From NCBI GenBank assembly GCA_036500345.1, contig DASYCE010000012.1, positions 43,110 through 107,109 of the forward strand: a DNA stretch of 64,000 nucleotides. Direction: 5' to 3'. The notes under the pieces are model-generated. The model was not told where the DNA came from. It searched no databases and worked only from the letters and a program-made list of their open reading frames with translations. The DNA is from Gemmatimonadales bacterium (GTDB lineage Bacteria > Gemmatimonadota > Gemmatimonadetes > Gemmatimonadales > GWC2-71-9). The position numbers were made by a program, and so were the translations under genes. This document shows, in pieces, positions 49,086 to 58,508 of the stretch (positions are counted from its first letter, which is position 1; each line of letters opens with the position of its first letter).

Positions 49086-50150
49086 TCAGGCGTGGGCGTG
49101 CAGCGCCTTCAAGGCGTCTCGCGTGCCGATGTTCTCGAGGGCGTGCCACGCCGCAGTGCGGATCTCCACCTGCGGTCGCTTGAGCAGGTGTATCAGCGTG
49201 GGGACGGCGCGTTCCAGTCGCTTGCGTCCCACCACCTCGGCGGCGTCACGGACGAGCTCGGATCGCGTGCTTCCGAGGGCGGAAATCACCGCGTCATCGC
49301 AATCGCGGCAATCAACCAGCGCCTCGATGTATGCCCGCCGCTCGTGCGCCGGCGGTGCGCCGCTCAACATCACGATCAACGCGCCGGCGCCTTCCGAGCC
49401 AAGCAGCGCCAGCGCACGCGATACGACGGCCGGTGTCTCCGGCTTGGGAACCAGCCGCGCCATGGCGAGCAACGCTTCGGTCGGGATCACCCGCCGGCGC
49501 TCGCGACCGACCATGGCGCGATGAGTGTCGTTGCCGCCGTCTTCGAGCTCATGGATCTGGATCAACAGCTGCGCGAGTCGTGGATAGTCACGCTTGTCGC
49601 GCGCAGCCGCGGCAGCCTGCAGCAGCGGATCGAGACGGCCGGTCAGGTCGGCGACTTCCGCGGCGGCGGCCGCCCCGGGCCGATCAACCCCCGATGCATC
49701 GGTGGCACTACGCAATCCCGGCAACTCGAACAGCGCTTCACGGAGGTCGGCCTCGCCGGTCGCACCGCTTGAGCTCGAGACCATCGCATCCGGCACCGAA
49801 AATCGCAGCGCGTCGCGGACCTCGTCGATCGATCCGTAGAGACCGCGCGGCGAGGCGTACAGTTCGGCGATGGCCCGCCAGTGCGCCGCGGACAAGCCGC
49901 CCGGAAGTCGCAGGCGGGAAGTGTGATGATCCAGCATCGCATCGCGGACGACGGTGACTCCAGGCGCTGCGGCCGGAAGCCGGAGGTCTCCCACGATCAG
50001 GCCATCGGCCGAGACAGTGATTTGCAGCGTCGCAGGACTCGAGAGCCGGGCCAGCAGCTCGAGTGTGCGTTCAGTGAACGCCGGGTCGGCGATCGACGAA
50101 CGCAGCTGATAGATCGCCGCTCCGAGGAGTGCGGTTTGGGATACCGGCAT
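49086..50150 (-). CDS. HEAT-repeat-containing hypothetical protein
   Basis: The C-terminal repeats (VRDAAEVVGRKRLERAVPTLIHLL...EIRTAAWHALENIGTRDALKAL) look like PBS-lyase/HEAT repeats. The N-terminal half is unassigned. Confidence 0.6.
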   Translation of the reverse strand: MPVSQTALLGAAIYQLRSSIADPAFTERTLELLARLSSPATLQITVSADGLIVGDLRLPAAAPGVTVVRDAMLDHHTSRLRLPGGLSAAHWRAIAELYASPRGLYGSIDEVRDALRFSVPDAMVSSSSGATGEADLREALFELPGLRSATDASGVDRPGAAAAAEVADLTGRLDPLLQAAAAARDKRDYPRLAQLLIQIHELEDGGNDTHRAMVGRERRRVIPTEALLAMARLVPKPETPAVVSRALALLGSEGAGALIVMLSGAPPAHERRAYIEALVDCRDCDDAVISALGSTRSELVRDAAEVVGRKRLERAVPTLIHLLKRPQVEIRTAAWHALENIGTRDALKALHAHA

Positions 50151-50165
50151 TGCGGAACCTCGCCT

Positions 50166-51827
50166 TCACCTGGTGCGCAGCAGCTGCGCGACATCATTCC
50201 GGCGGTCCTCACCGGGTCCGAGCCCGAGTGAAACCGCGACCATCAAAGCGGCCGGGCGCGCCAACCGCCGCCCATCGATCACCGCTCGCACCGTATCATC
50301 CTGTACGATCCGCCCGCCATCAAGAACCACGCCGCGGTCGAGCGCCTCGTGGGCGAAAACCGGATCATGGGTAATTGCCAGGACTGTCTTGCCGAGACCG
50401 ATCCGCTTTCGAACGACGTCGATCACCAGGTTCCGTGAAGTGTTGTCGAGCGCGGCAGTCGGTTCATCCAATAACAGGAGATCAGGATCCGCTGAGAGTA
50501 CCGCGGCGAGCGCTACCAGGCGTCGGCGCGGAAGCGGTAGATCGTATGGATGCTGTTCCGCAGTATCGGCCAGTCCCAGCTCGGCCAGCGTCCTGGCGAC
50601 CCGGTCCGCCGCCTGACGTGGGTCGCACCCGGCCAGTTTCGGCGCCAGCGAGCACTCCCCCTGTACCGATCCGGCAAAGAGCTGTCGTTCGGGCGATTGG
50701 AAGAGAAAGGCCACCTGCGGCGCCAGATCCTCCGGATGCATGCGGGCTGTGACCCTCCCGAGCGTCGTGACCGATCCGCTTCTGGGATGCTCGAGCGCCA
50801 TGGCGAGACGCAACAAGGTCGACTTTCCCGCGCCATTTGCGCCGAAGAGGCCCACCGCTTCGCCTGGGCTGATTTCGACACCAACGTGATCGAGTACCAG
50901 CCGGCCGGTCTGATAGGAGAAGGCGACATCGTCGAAGCGCAATGCCACAGATCCGCCGGGTGACGCCGGTCGGTTCCCGGCGTGTTCACGAGCGGTCACC
51001 CTCGGTGGATCGGCTTCGACCCGATCCACCAGGGCGTCGCTGGTGAGCGGCCGGGGTGCGGCAAACCCGGCGCGTGTCGCGAGGTCGGCCGCATCGGTCG
51101 TCCCGGCACCGAATTTCAGCACGGCGTCGCCGGCGAGGAGCAACGGCGGCGACCCATCGAGCTCCACCTGGCCGTCGCGAAAAACGATCAGCCGATCCGC
51201 GACGGGGAGCATCAGGTCGGCGTTATCGCAGGCGATGATCACCGTCGCGCCGGCATGCGCCCAGTCGCGCAATAACTGCTGCACCCGCTCCGTTGCCGAC
51301 CGGTCGAGTGCTGAGAAAGGTTCGTCGAGGAGCCAGACAGCGGGATCGGACGCGAGCAGCGCCGCCAGCAGCACGCGTTGGGTCTCGCCGCCCGACAACG
51401 CGCCGGGATCTCGCTGCGCCAGGTGCGTCACGCCGAGTGCGCCGAGCGCCCCGTCTGCGGCGGCGAGGGCGCGGTCGCGATCCCATCCCAGGTTCATTGG
51501 CCCCAGGGCAACTTCGCCGAGCACGTGATTGGCCACGCCGCTGACCTGGACCGCGGGCGACGGACCGAGATAGGCGATCCTTGCCGCGAGCGGCGCCAGG
51601 TCCGCGGGATCGGCATCATCTACCACAACGGTTCCGCGCCGCTCACCGCCGGTGAGCCGCGGGGCGAGTCCGGCCAGCGCGAGGAGCAGCGTACTGGTGC
51701 CGCTTCCCAGCGCGCCATTTACCCACGTCACCTCTCCCGGCGCGAAATCGAGATCGATGGAATCGAGCGCCCATCTCTCCTGCGCCGGGTACCGAAACCC
51801 AAGGCCACATGTCGCAATGTGCGTCAT
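50166..51827 (-). CDS. ECF-type transporter fused double ATPase (EcfA-EcfA')
   Basis: Two ABC modules (GALGSGTSTLL / LSGGETQRV / WLLDEPFSALD and GANGAGKSTLL / LPLPRRRLVAL / LLLDEPTAALD). ATG 51827 overlaps the ecfT stop. Confidence 0.88.
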   Translation of the reverse strand: MTHIATCGLGFRYPAQERWALDSIDLDFAPGEVTWVNGALGSGTSTLLLALAGLAPRLTGGERRGTVVVDDADPADLAPLAARIAYLGPSPAVQVSGVANHVLGEVALGPMNLGWDRDRALAAADGALGALGVTHLAQRDPGALSGGETQRVLLAALLASDPAVWLLDEPFSALDRSATERVQQLLRDWAHAGATVIIACDNADLMLPVADRLIVFRDGQVELDGSPPLLLAGDAVLKFGAGTTDAADLATRAGFAAPRPLTSDALVDRVEADPPRVTAREHAGNRPASPGGSVALRFDDVAFSYQTGRLVLDHVGVEISPGEAVGLFGANGAGKSTLLRLAMALEHPRSGSVTTLGRVTARMHPEDLAPQVAFLFQSPERQLFAGSVQGECSLAPKLAGCDPRQAADRVARTLAELGLADTAEQHPYDLPLPRRRLVALAAVLSADPDLLLLDEPTAALDNTSRNLVIDVVRKRIGLGKTVLAITHDPVFAHEALDRGVVLDGGRIVQDDTVRAVIDGRRLARPAALMVAVSLGLGPGEDRRNDVAQLLRTR

Positions 51828-52555
51828 CGCGTGATTCGCCAGATCACCGCGAGAAGCAGGATGGCACCGACGCACCACCGCACAGTCCGATCCGCCATCG
51901 AGTCGCGCGGCGGGTCAATCGCGTGGCGTGGGCCCTGGAGCATCAGCCCGCGGGTCTCGAGGGCGAGCGACCGGTCGCCGGCGTCGGTGAGCGACGCGAG
52001 CAGGAGTGGAAAGACCAGCGCCGGTACCGCGCGGATTCGCGTCGAGATCGACCCGGCGACGTGCACGCCGCGGGTACGCTGCGCTTCGCGAAGCTGACGG
52101 GCCTGCGCGGAGAGCCGGTCGGCAGCATCGAGGGTCGCGACCAGAAGAAACGCGATACCGAACGGCCAGCGACGGTCGATCGCCGCCTGCAGAAACGCGT
52201 CCGGATCGAAGACGGCCGCGAACGAGAGGGATGCCAACGCAATCGCGGTGAGCCGGCTCCCCTGCGCAAGCATCCATCCGGTACCCGAAACCGAGAGTGT
52301 GCCCCCCCATGGCGCTGCCATCCGCGGCGCGTCGCCCAGCAGCGCCTGCAGGATGAAGAGGAGAATCCAGATCGGGAAGACCACCGCACATGCACGCACG
52401 ACGCCGCGCGCCGCACCGGTAGCGGCGGCAAGGATCGCAACGCAGATGCAGAGCAACCCCACCGAACGGGGATCGGGGAGGACCAGCGACAATGCAATCG
52501 CGCCGAGCGCGATGGTTGCGGGGGTGAACGGATGCGCCGCTCGTGCCAGCGTCAC
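51824..52555 (-). CDS. ECF transporter transmembrane (T) component, CbiQ family
   Basis: GTG 52555 overlaps the upstream stop. Polytopic protein with ARQLREAQRTRG and SLALETRG coupling-helix-like motifs. The Arg-rich N-terminal extension in the track ORF was rejected. Confidence 0.8.
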   Translation of the reverse strand: MTLARAAHPFTPATIALGAIALSLVLPDPRSVGLLCICVAILAAATGAARGVVRACAVVFPIWILLFILQALLGDAPRMAAPWGGTLSVSGTGWMLAQGSRLTAIALASLSFAAVFDPDAFLQAAIDRRWPFGIAFLLVATLDAADRLSAQARQLREAQRTRGVHVAGSISTRIRAVPALVFPLLLASLTDAGDRSLALETRGLMLQGPRHAIDPPRDSMADRTVRWCVGAILLLAVIWRITR

Positions 52556-53127
52556 TGGCCGACTGCCCGAGCCGCCAGCGGGAATCGGCCGAGAATCCGC
52601 CGGGGAAAGGTGCGCAGGACCAGTCCGACGACCACGATCACGAGCGCCTTGTCGAGGATGTCGGTTGCGCCTGACCCGATCGCCACGGCCACGGGGAGCG
52701 GCTCTCCGGCCGCGCGGATCATCGCCGTCACCCACGTCACTCCGCCGCCGGTCACGCCGCGGAACAGCGTGTATGAAATCACCGCCGATACGGTGCCGCA
52801 GCAGAGGCCGCAGACGACACCCCATCCGATCGTTCGCGGCAGGCGCGCGAAGCCGCGCCTCGAGGCGGCCACCGCTGCAAGGGCAGCGAGAAGCCATTGG
52901 ACCACCACGAACGGGAAGTACTGGTAACCGGTCAGCAGTCCCACCAGCAGCTGGCTGATCGTCCCCACCAATGCGCCCGCAGCCGCGCCGTCGAGCACCG
53001 CCACGAGGACCGTGCCGATCGTGTCGAGGAAGACCGGCAGCGCCAGTTCCCGCACCACGCTGCCAACCACGAGATTGATCGCCACTGCGGCGGGAATCAG
53101 CGCGAAGAGCCTGGGGGAAATCCGCAA
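52552..53127 (-). CDS. ECF transporter substrate-specific (S) component, substrate unknown
   Basis: TTG 53127 start gives MRISPRLFALIPAAVAINLVVG and about six TM helices in 191 aa. The longer track ORF would run antisense through the GAF gene. Confidence 0.7.
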   Translation of the reverse strand: MRISPRLFALIPAAVAINLVVGSVVRELALPVFLDTIGTVLVAVLDGAAAGALVGTISQLLVGLLTGYQYFPFVVVQWLLAALAAVAASRRGFARLPRTIGWGVVCGLCCGTVSAVISYTLFRGVTGGGVTWVTAMIRAAGEPLPVAVAIGSGATDILDKALVIVVVGLVLRTFPRRILGRFPLAARAVGQ

Positions 53128-53187
53128 GTGGTGGTTCGCCGTTGCGAGGGTCGGTAGAATGTACCAGCCCAGAGGAGAGGAGTTCCC

Positions 53188-53643
53188 GTGGCAGTGCTTG
53201 ACGGCGAGAGGATCGTGACGCGGCTCCGTGCGGCGTTCAACCATGGATCGACGCGTCCGGAGTTGCTGGTGCTCGCGGCCGACCTGATCCGCGAGGCCGG
53301 CCCGCCGTACACATCGGTCTATCTCTACATGCTGCACGGCGACGAGCTGGTGCTGGAAGGGTTCAGCGGTCGCGACACCGAGCACCAGCGGATCGCGGTG
53401 GGCCACGGCGTCTGCGGCACCGCCGTCGCCACCGGATCGGACCAGAACGTCGGCGACGTGCGCGCGCGCGAGAACTACATCGCATGCAACATCTTCACCC
53501 GGTCGGAACTCGTCGTCCTGATTCGACGCGGCGCGACGATCCTCGGCCAGATCGATGTCGACTCCGACGTTCCCGATCCGTTTAACGGTGATGAGGAACG
53601 CGCGGTGCGGCAGGTCGCCGACGCGCTGGCGGTACTTCTCTGA
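53188..53643 (+). CDS. GAF domain protein (free methionine-R-sulfoxide reductase/YebR-like)
   Basis: GGAGAGGAG RBS. GVCGTAVATGSDQNVGDV, ACNIFTRSELVVLI and LGQIDVDS are typical of fRMsr-type GAF proteins. Confidence 0.8.
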   Translation: MAVLDGERIVTRLRAAFNHGSTRPELLVLAADLIREAGPPYTSVYLYMLHGDELVLEGFSGRDTEHQRIAVGHGVCGTAVATGSDQNVGDVRARENYIACNIFTRSELVVLIRRGATILGQIDVDSDVPDPFNGDEERAVRQVADALAVLL

Positions 53644-54464
53644 TCCGGCATGTTCGCGGCGCCGACATCTACGAGCATCGAAGTGGACACGGTCCGGAAG
53701 TGACCGTGCTGCACGGTGGGCCCGGCGCGCAACACGACTACCTCCTCCCCGGCTTCGATCTGCTGGCACGCCATCGCACGCTGGTCTATTACGATCAGCG
53801 CGGCGGCGGACGCTCCGCCGTCCCGCGGGACGTGCCGGTCGGATGGCGCGAACAGGTCGACGACCTGGAGACGTTGCGGACCATCTGGGAATTGCCGCGC
53901 CTCGATCTCTGCGGCTACTCGTGGGGAGCGCTCCTCGGGATGCTCTACGCCGTCACGTATCCCGATCGCGTCGCCTCGCTCGCGCTGGTGTCGCCGGCAC
54001 CCGCTGCCCGCAGCGAGCGACAGGAGTTCGAGCAGAACCTCGCGCGCCGGAACTCGACGCCCGAGCTCCTCGCCGAACGGCGCGAACTGCAGGCGGCGCC
54101 GAGCCGGATGCGCGATATCCAGGGGTACAACAAGCGGCTCTTCGAACTGGCGGTCGCCGGATACTTTCACACCCCGGCCCGAGCTCGCGACCTGACGCCG
54201 TTCCGCATCACCGGTCGCACGCAGGACGCGATCTGGGAATCACTCGGCCCCGACTTCGACCTGCGCCCCGCGCTCAGCCGCCTCGACGTTCGCGCCATCG
54301 TCGTGCACGGCGATGACGATCCGATTCCACTCGCGACCGCGTCGGCGACGGCGGAAGCGCTCAAGGCTCCGCTGGTGGTACTGCCGCACTGCGGGCATGT
54401 CCCATATGTCGAATCGCCCGACGCGTTTGTCGCTGCCCTCGATCCGTTTCTGCCGCATTTGTGA
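53640..54464 (+). CDS. Alpha/beta hydrolase (proline iminopeptidase-like); start uncertain (CTG 53640 proposed, GTG 53700 in ORF track)
   Basis: HGGPG oxyanion motif, GYSWGA nucleophile elbow, and a C-terminal catalytic-His region HCGH. The in-frame upstream residues IRHVRGADIYEHRSGHGPEV look like the family's N-terminal strand, but no ATG/GTG/TTG precedes them. Confidence 0.8.
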   Translation: MIRHVRGADIYEHRSGHGPEVTVLHGGPGAQHDYLLPGFDLLARHRTLVYYDQRGGGRSAVPRDVPVGWREQVDDLETLRTIWELPRLDLCGYSWGALLGMLYAVTYPDRVASLALVSPAPAARSERQEFEQNLARRNSTPELLAERRELQAAPSRMRDIQGYNKRLFELAVAGYFHTPARARDLTPFRITGRTQDAIWESLGPDFDLRPALSRLDVRAIVVHGDDDPIPLATASATAEALKAPLVVLPHCGHVPYVESPDAFVAALDPFLPHL

Positions 54465-55123
54465 CACCGGTGCGCGTGCATCCGTTCGACTTGATCTTCG
54501 CGCCATTCCGCGACGAACGCTTTCCTGCGATCCGCGGCGCGACCGGCGAACGCCCCGGTCTCGACGCCTTTCTGCTCGCGGCACCGGCTCTGGAGCTGAT
54601 GCAGGAATTGCGGCCCGAGGCCGGCCTGGGTGACGCGGTCGACGATTTCGTGGCGTTGGTGCACGCCGCGTACCGCTTCTGGTGCGATGGCGAGGGGACG
54701 ATCTCGTTCGACGCCGCCGCGACTCGATCGCTTTGCGCACCAGCAGCAGCGGCGGTCGGGCCCGACGCGCGCGCCGGCACGGGTGGACCGCGGCCGACGC
54801 AATACATTCAGGTGGCGCCGCGAATCGTGTGGGGGATGCTCACGGAGGATGGTCCGTTCGAGCCGCTCGACGGATGGTTCGACGTGGACGTCGAGGGAGG
54901 GATGCGAATGGTTGCGTGCTTCGGCGTTCACTCCGATCGGCCTGGCGTGTCGGTGGTCGCTGTCGATGGTGATCGCCCGGACATCCGTCAACGCGATGAC
55001 GGTTCGTCGCTGTTCGTGCCCCGGATGGAAGGTGGAAGCGTGGCCGGTCTCCATTCGGTCGACGGTCCGGACGAGCTCCTCCTCCTCGGCTGGAACGCCC
55101 GGGGCCGCGAAGGAGAACGGTGA
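54461..55123 (+). CDS. Hypothetical protein coupled between the hydrolase and PolX genes
   Basis: GTGA overlap upstream, GTGA/TGATG overlap downstream. High GC3. No motif recognised. Confidence 0.6.
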   Translation: MTPVRVHPFDLIFAPFRDERFPAIRGATGERPGLDAFLLAAPALELMQELRPEAGLGDAVDDFVALVHAAYRFWCDGEGTISFDAAATRSLCAPAAAAVGPDARAGTGGPRPTQYIQVAPRIVWGMLTEDGPFEPLDGWFDVDVEGGMRMVACFGVHSDRPGVSVVAVDGDRPDIRQRDDGSSLFVPRMEGGSVAGLHSVDGPDELLLLGWNARGREGER

Positions 55124-56844
55124 TGGCCGTCATGGACCGTACTGGCGTGGCGCGATCGCTCGAACAGATCGCCGCCTACCTGGAGTTCAAGGGCGAGAAT
55201 CCGTTTCGCGTTCGTGCCTTCACGGCGGCGGCGCGCAGCATCCTCGGATTCTCCGGCGATCTCGACGACGGGATCGCCGATGGGTCGCTGGCGCAGACCA
55301 AGGGGATCGGTCCCGCGATCCTGCAGATTGTCACCGAACTGGTCCGGACCGGCCGGGCGAATCTTCTCGAGGAGCTGCGCGGTGAAGTTCCCGCCGGCCT
55401 CGTCGACATGCTCGGCATTCCCGGGCTCGGTGTCGGCAAGATCCGCCAGATCCAGCAAACGCTCGGCATCGAGACGATCCCAGATCTCGAAGCTGCCGCC
55501 CGCGACGGTCGCCTTGCCGCACTGCCGCGGTTCGGGGCGCGCACGGCGGAAAAAATCCTCAAGGGGATCGCCTTCCTGCGCGTCTCGTCGCAGTGGCGAT
55601 TGTCCCATCACGCCGCGCGCGAAGCCGAAGCGCTCCGCGAAGGATTCACCCGAGTGCCACACATCATGGCGGCTTACACCGCGGGCGAGGTGAGGCGCCG
55701 ATGTGAAGTGGTCAGTGAACTGGTGACCGTCCTCGTCGCGGATGTGGCGCCCGAAGAGGTCTTCCGCTCCCTCGGCGCCATGCCCGGCGTGAGCGAAATC
55801 GCCGGCGAGGACGAACGCCGGGCGACGCTGCGATTTGCCGGTGGCAGCAGCGTGCGGATCGTCGTGACGCCGCCGCAGAATCTCGGCGCGATGCTGGTGC
55901 AGGCCACCGGGAGCGAGGCGCACCTCGCGGCACTCGCGTCGCACGCCGCGGCACGGGGATTCAATTTCGCAGGCACGGCACTCTGGCAGGGGAGTCAGTT
56001 CGTTGCGACACCGACGGAAGAGTCGCTTTACCAGGCGATCGGACTCGAATGGATCCCGCCGGAGCTGCGCGAGTCCGGCGCCGAAGTGGTGCACCCGATA
56101 CCGCAGCTGGTGGAGCGGTCGGACGTCGCCGGGTTTCTGCATTGCCATACCAGCGCGTCCGACGGCACCAATTCGATCGAGCAGCTCGCAGCGGCGTGCC
56201 GCGCCGCGGGCTTCCGGTACATCGGCATCACCGATCACTCGCGCGCGGCGGCATACGCTGGCGGCCTGTCGGTTGACGACGTGCAGGCGCAATGGGCAGA
56301 GATCGACCGGATCAACGCGACGCTCGATGACTTCCGCATTCTCAAGGGTATCGAGAGCGACATCCTCGTCGACGGCGCGCTCGACTATCCCGACGACGTC
56401 CTTGCCGGCTTCGATTTCGTGATCGGGTCGGTGCACTCGCGCTTCAATCTCGATCGCGACACGATGACCGACCGCGTCTGTCGCGCAATGGAGTCACCGT
56501 ACCTGACCATTCTCGGCCATCCCACCGGTCGATTGCTCCTCTCGCGCGAACCGTATCCGCTCGACATCGAACGCGTCATCGATGCGGCGGCGAACGCACG
56601 CGTCGCGATCGAGATCAACGCCGATCCCCATCGCCTCGACCTCGACTGGCGCCAGCTCGATCGCGCGAAGTCACGCGGCGTGATGATCTCCATTGGCGCC
56701 GATGCCCACAACATCGCCGGGATCGGCAACACCGAATTCGGCGTCGCGATGGCGCGAAAGGGCGGCCTCGGTTCGACCGACATCCTCAACTGTCGCGACG
56801 CGGACGGTTTCCTCGACTTCGCTTGCGCGCGACGACTGCGATGA
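55120..56844 (+). CDS. polX: DNA polymerase X family protein with C-terminal PHP domain
   Basis: The N-terminal IAAYLEFKGENPFRVRAFTAAARSI and GIGPAI helix-hairpin-helix motifs. PHP motifs HCHTSASDG, ITDHS and GSVHS. Confidence 0.9.
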   Translation: MMAVMDRTGVARSLEQIAAYLEFKGENPFRVRAFTAAARSILGFSGDLDDGIADGSLAQTKGIGPAILQIVTELVRTGRANLLEELRGEVPAGLVDMLGIPGLGVGKIRQIQQTLGIETIPDLEAAARDGRLAALPRFGARTAEKILKGIAFLRVSSQWRLSHHAAREAEALREGFTRVPHIMAAYTAGEVRRRCEVVSELVTVLVADVAPEEVFRSLGAMPGVSEIAGEDERRATLRFAGGSSVRIVVTPPQNLGAMLVQATGSEAHLAALASHAAARGFNFAGTALWQGSQFVATPTEESLYQAIGLEWIPPELRESGAEVVHPIPQLVERSDVAGFLHCHTSASDGTNSIEQLAAACRAAGFRYIGITDHSRAAAYAGGLSVDDVQAQWAEIDRINATLDDFRILKGIESDILVDGALDYPDDVLAGFDFVIGSVHSRFNLDRDTMTDRVCRAMESPYLTILGHPTGRLLLSREPYPLDIERVIDAAANARVAIEINADPHRLDLDWRQLDRAKSRGVMISIGADAHNIAGIGNTEFGVAMARKGGLGSTDILNCRDADGFLDFACARRLR

Positions 56845-56860
56845 TCATCGCGGATCACCC

Positions 56861-57565
56861 ATGACCCCACGCCAGTCACCGCCGAAGCGGAAGGGACGCG
56901 AGTCGCGCGCCGATCGCACCACGCGCACACTCGAGATCCTCATGCGACTCAAGCGTCAATACCCCGACGCGCACTGTGAACTCGACTTCGCCAACCCATA
57001 CCAGCTCCTGGTCGCCACGATCCTCTCGGCGCAATGCACCGATGTCCGGGTCAACCAGGTGACGCCGGCGCTCTTCGCGCGGTGGCCGGATCCGCAGTCG
57101 CTGGCGGTCGCCAAGCCGGTCGAACTCGAAGCGGTGGTACGTCCCACCGGATTTTTTCGCACCAAGGCGCGGAATCTGATCGGCATGGCGCAGGGAGTGA
57201 CCGCCGATCATTCGGGGCAGATCCCCGCCTCGATGGACGAATTGCGGTCCCTTCCGGGCGTGGGCCGGAAGACCGCCAATGTGATCCTCGGTAACGCCTT
57301 CGGTACCAGTGAGGGGATCACCGTCGATACCCACATCCTGCGGCTCGGCCGGCTCCTCGGCCTCACCCACGGTGACGACGCCGAACGCGTGGAAGAAGAG
57401 CTGATGGCCATCGTCCCCCGGGAGGACTGGGCGCTGGTGAGTCACCTTCTCATCTGGCACGGGCGTCGGGTCTGCATCGCCAATCGCCCGCGCTGCGACG
57501 AATGCGTGCTGAGTGATCTCTGCCCGTCGGCATTCAAGCCGTCGGTGGGATACAAAGGACGCTGA
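56861..57565 (+). CDS. nth: Endonuclease III
   Basis: [27 protein letters not shown] and the Fe-S cluster CX6CX2CX5C ([17 protein letters not shown]). Confidence 0.92.
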   Translation: MTPRQSPPKRKGRESRADRTTRTLEILMRLKRQYPDAHCELDFANPYQLLVATILSAQCTDVRVNQVTPALFARWPDPQSLAVAKPVELEAVVRPTGFFRTKARNLIGMAQGVTADHSGQIPASMDELRSLPGVGRKTANVILGNAFGTSEGITVDTHILRLGRLLGLTHGDDAERVEEELMAIVPREDWALVSHLLIWHGRRVCIANRPRCDECVLSDLCPSAFKPSVGYKGR

Positions 57566-57615
57566 GTTCGCGGCGAGCGGCGTTATTGTTCCCGTCCACC
57601 TCAACCCCGATTCTC

Positions 57616-58065
57616 ATGGCAAAGACTGCAATCCTCGATACCGCCAAGGGCTCGATCACCGTGGAACTCTTTCCCGACGAGGCGCCCGGTACGGTCGCGA
57701 ATTTCGAGAAGCTCGCCAACAGCGAGTTCTACGATGGCACGCGCTTCCATCGCGTCATTTCCAATTTCATGGTGCAGGGCGGCGATCCGCTCTCGAAGAC
57801 ACCCAACAATCCGCGCGCCGGCACCGGCGGCCCCGGATACATGATCAACTGCGAAACCGCGACCAACGTGCATCGTCACGTGGCGGGGACGCTGTCGATG
57901 GCGCACGCCGGCAAGAACACCGGCGGCAGCCAGTTCTTCATCTGCCACTCGCCGCAACCGCACCTCGATCGCGTGCATACCGTGTTCGGACAGGTGACCA
58001 GCGGAATGGACGTGGTCAATGCGATCCGGCAAGGCGACGTCGTCAACTCGATCCGCGTGAGCTGA
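57616..58065 (+). CDS. ppiB: Peptidyl-prolyl cis-trans isomerase, cyclophilin type
   Basis: [41 protein letters not shown]. Confidence 0.92.
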   Translation: MAKTAILDTAKGSITVELFPDEAPGTVANFEKLANSEFYDGTRFHRVISNFMVQGGDPLSKTPNNPRAGTGGPGYMINCETATNVHRHVAGTLSMAHAGKNTGGSQFFICHSPQPHLDRVHTVFGQVTSGMDVVNAIRQGDVVNSIRVS

Positions 58066-58481
58066 CCACGCGAGTCGATCTGGCGCTCCTCTGCGATTAC
58101 GCCCTCCTCGACCAGCAGGGGAAACTGTCCGTGCTCGGGATCTGGCGGCACGTCGCAGTGCAGCAGTTTCCCGCGATCCATCCGCGCGCGCACCTGGTGC
58201 TCCATCTTCGCGGACGCCGCACCGAGCTCGGCACCCATGAGCTGCGGGTTCGGCTCCTCGATCCCGACGGCGGCGTCGTCCTCGAGCAGGCCGGGATGAT
58301 GCAGGTCAACGAGCCGCCCGCGGGTGTGGTCGATCTCGAGGCGCCCGCCGTCCTCGTTTTCGATCTGCCGCTGTCGACGGCGGGGGAGTACGCCTTCGTC
58401 ATCTCGTTCGATCAGGTCGAGGCGAGTCGGCTCGTCTTCCAGGCAACGCTGGTCGGTACCGCACCCGGCCCGATGCACTGA
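58062..58481 (+). CDS. Hypothetical protein (about 139 aa); proposed CTG start in a CTGA overlap with the cyclophilin stop
   Basis: High GC3. The N-terminal [22 protein letters not shown] resembles the conserved N-terminus of a widespread uncharacterised family (ADYA...GKL..LG). The first canonical in-frame start (GTG near 58131) would delete it. Confidence 0.55.
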   Translation: MTTRVDLALLCDYALLDQQGKLSVLGIWRHVAVQQFPAIHPRAHLVLHLRGRRTELGTHELRVRLLDPDGGVVLEQAGMMQVNEPPAGVVDLEAPAVLVFDLPLSTAGEYAFVISFDQVEASRLVFQATLVGTAPGPMH

Positions 58482-58508
58482 ACGCGTTCCAGCCTTTAGC
58501 TTTGTGAC

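Noticed and set aside
53128-53187. Riboswitch upstream of the ECF S component
   Set aside because: Only 60 nt are available between divergent start codons, and no conserved riboswitch core is recognisable.
54988-56436. 482-aa minus-strand ORF
   Set aside because: It is antisense to PolX, which has clear HhH and PHP motifs. It is a shadow ORF.
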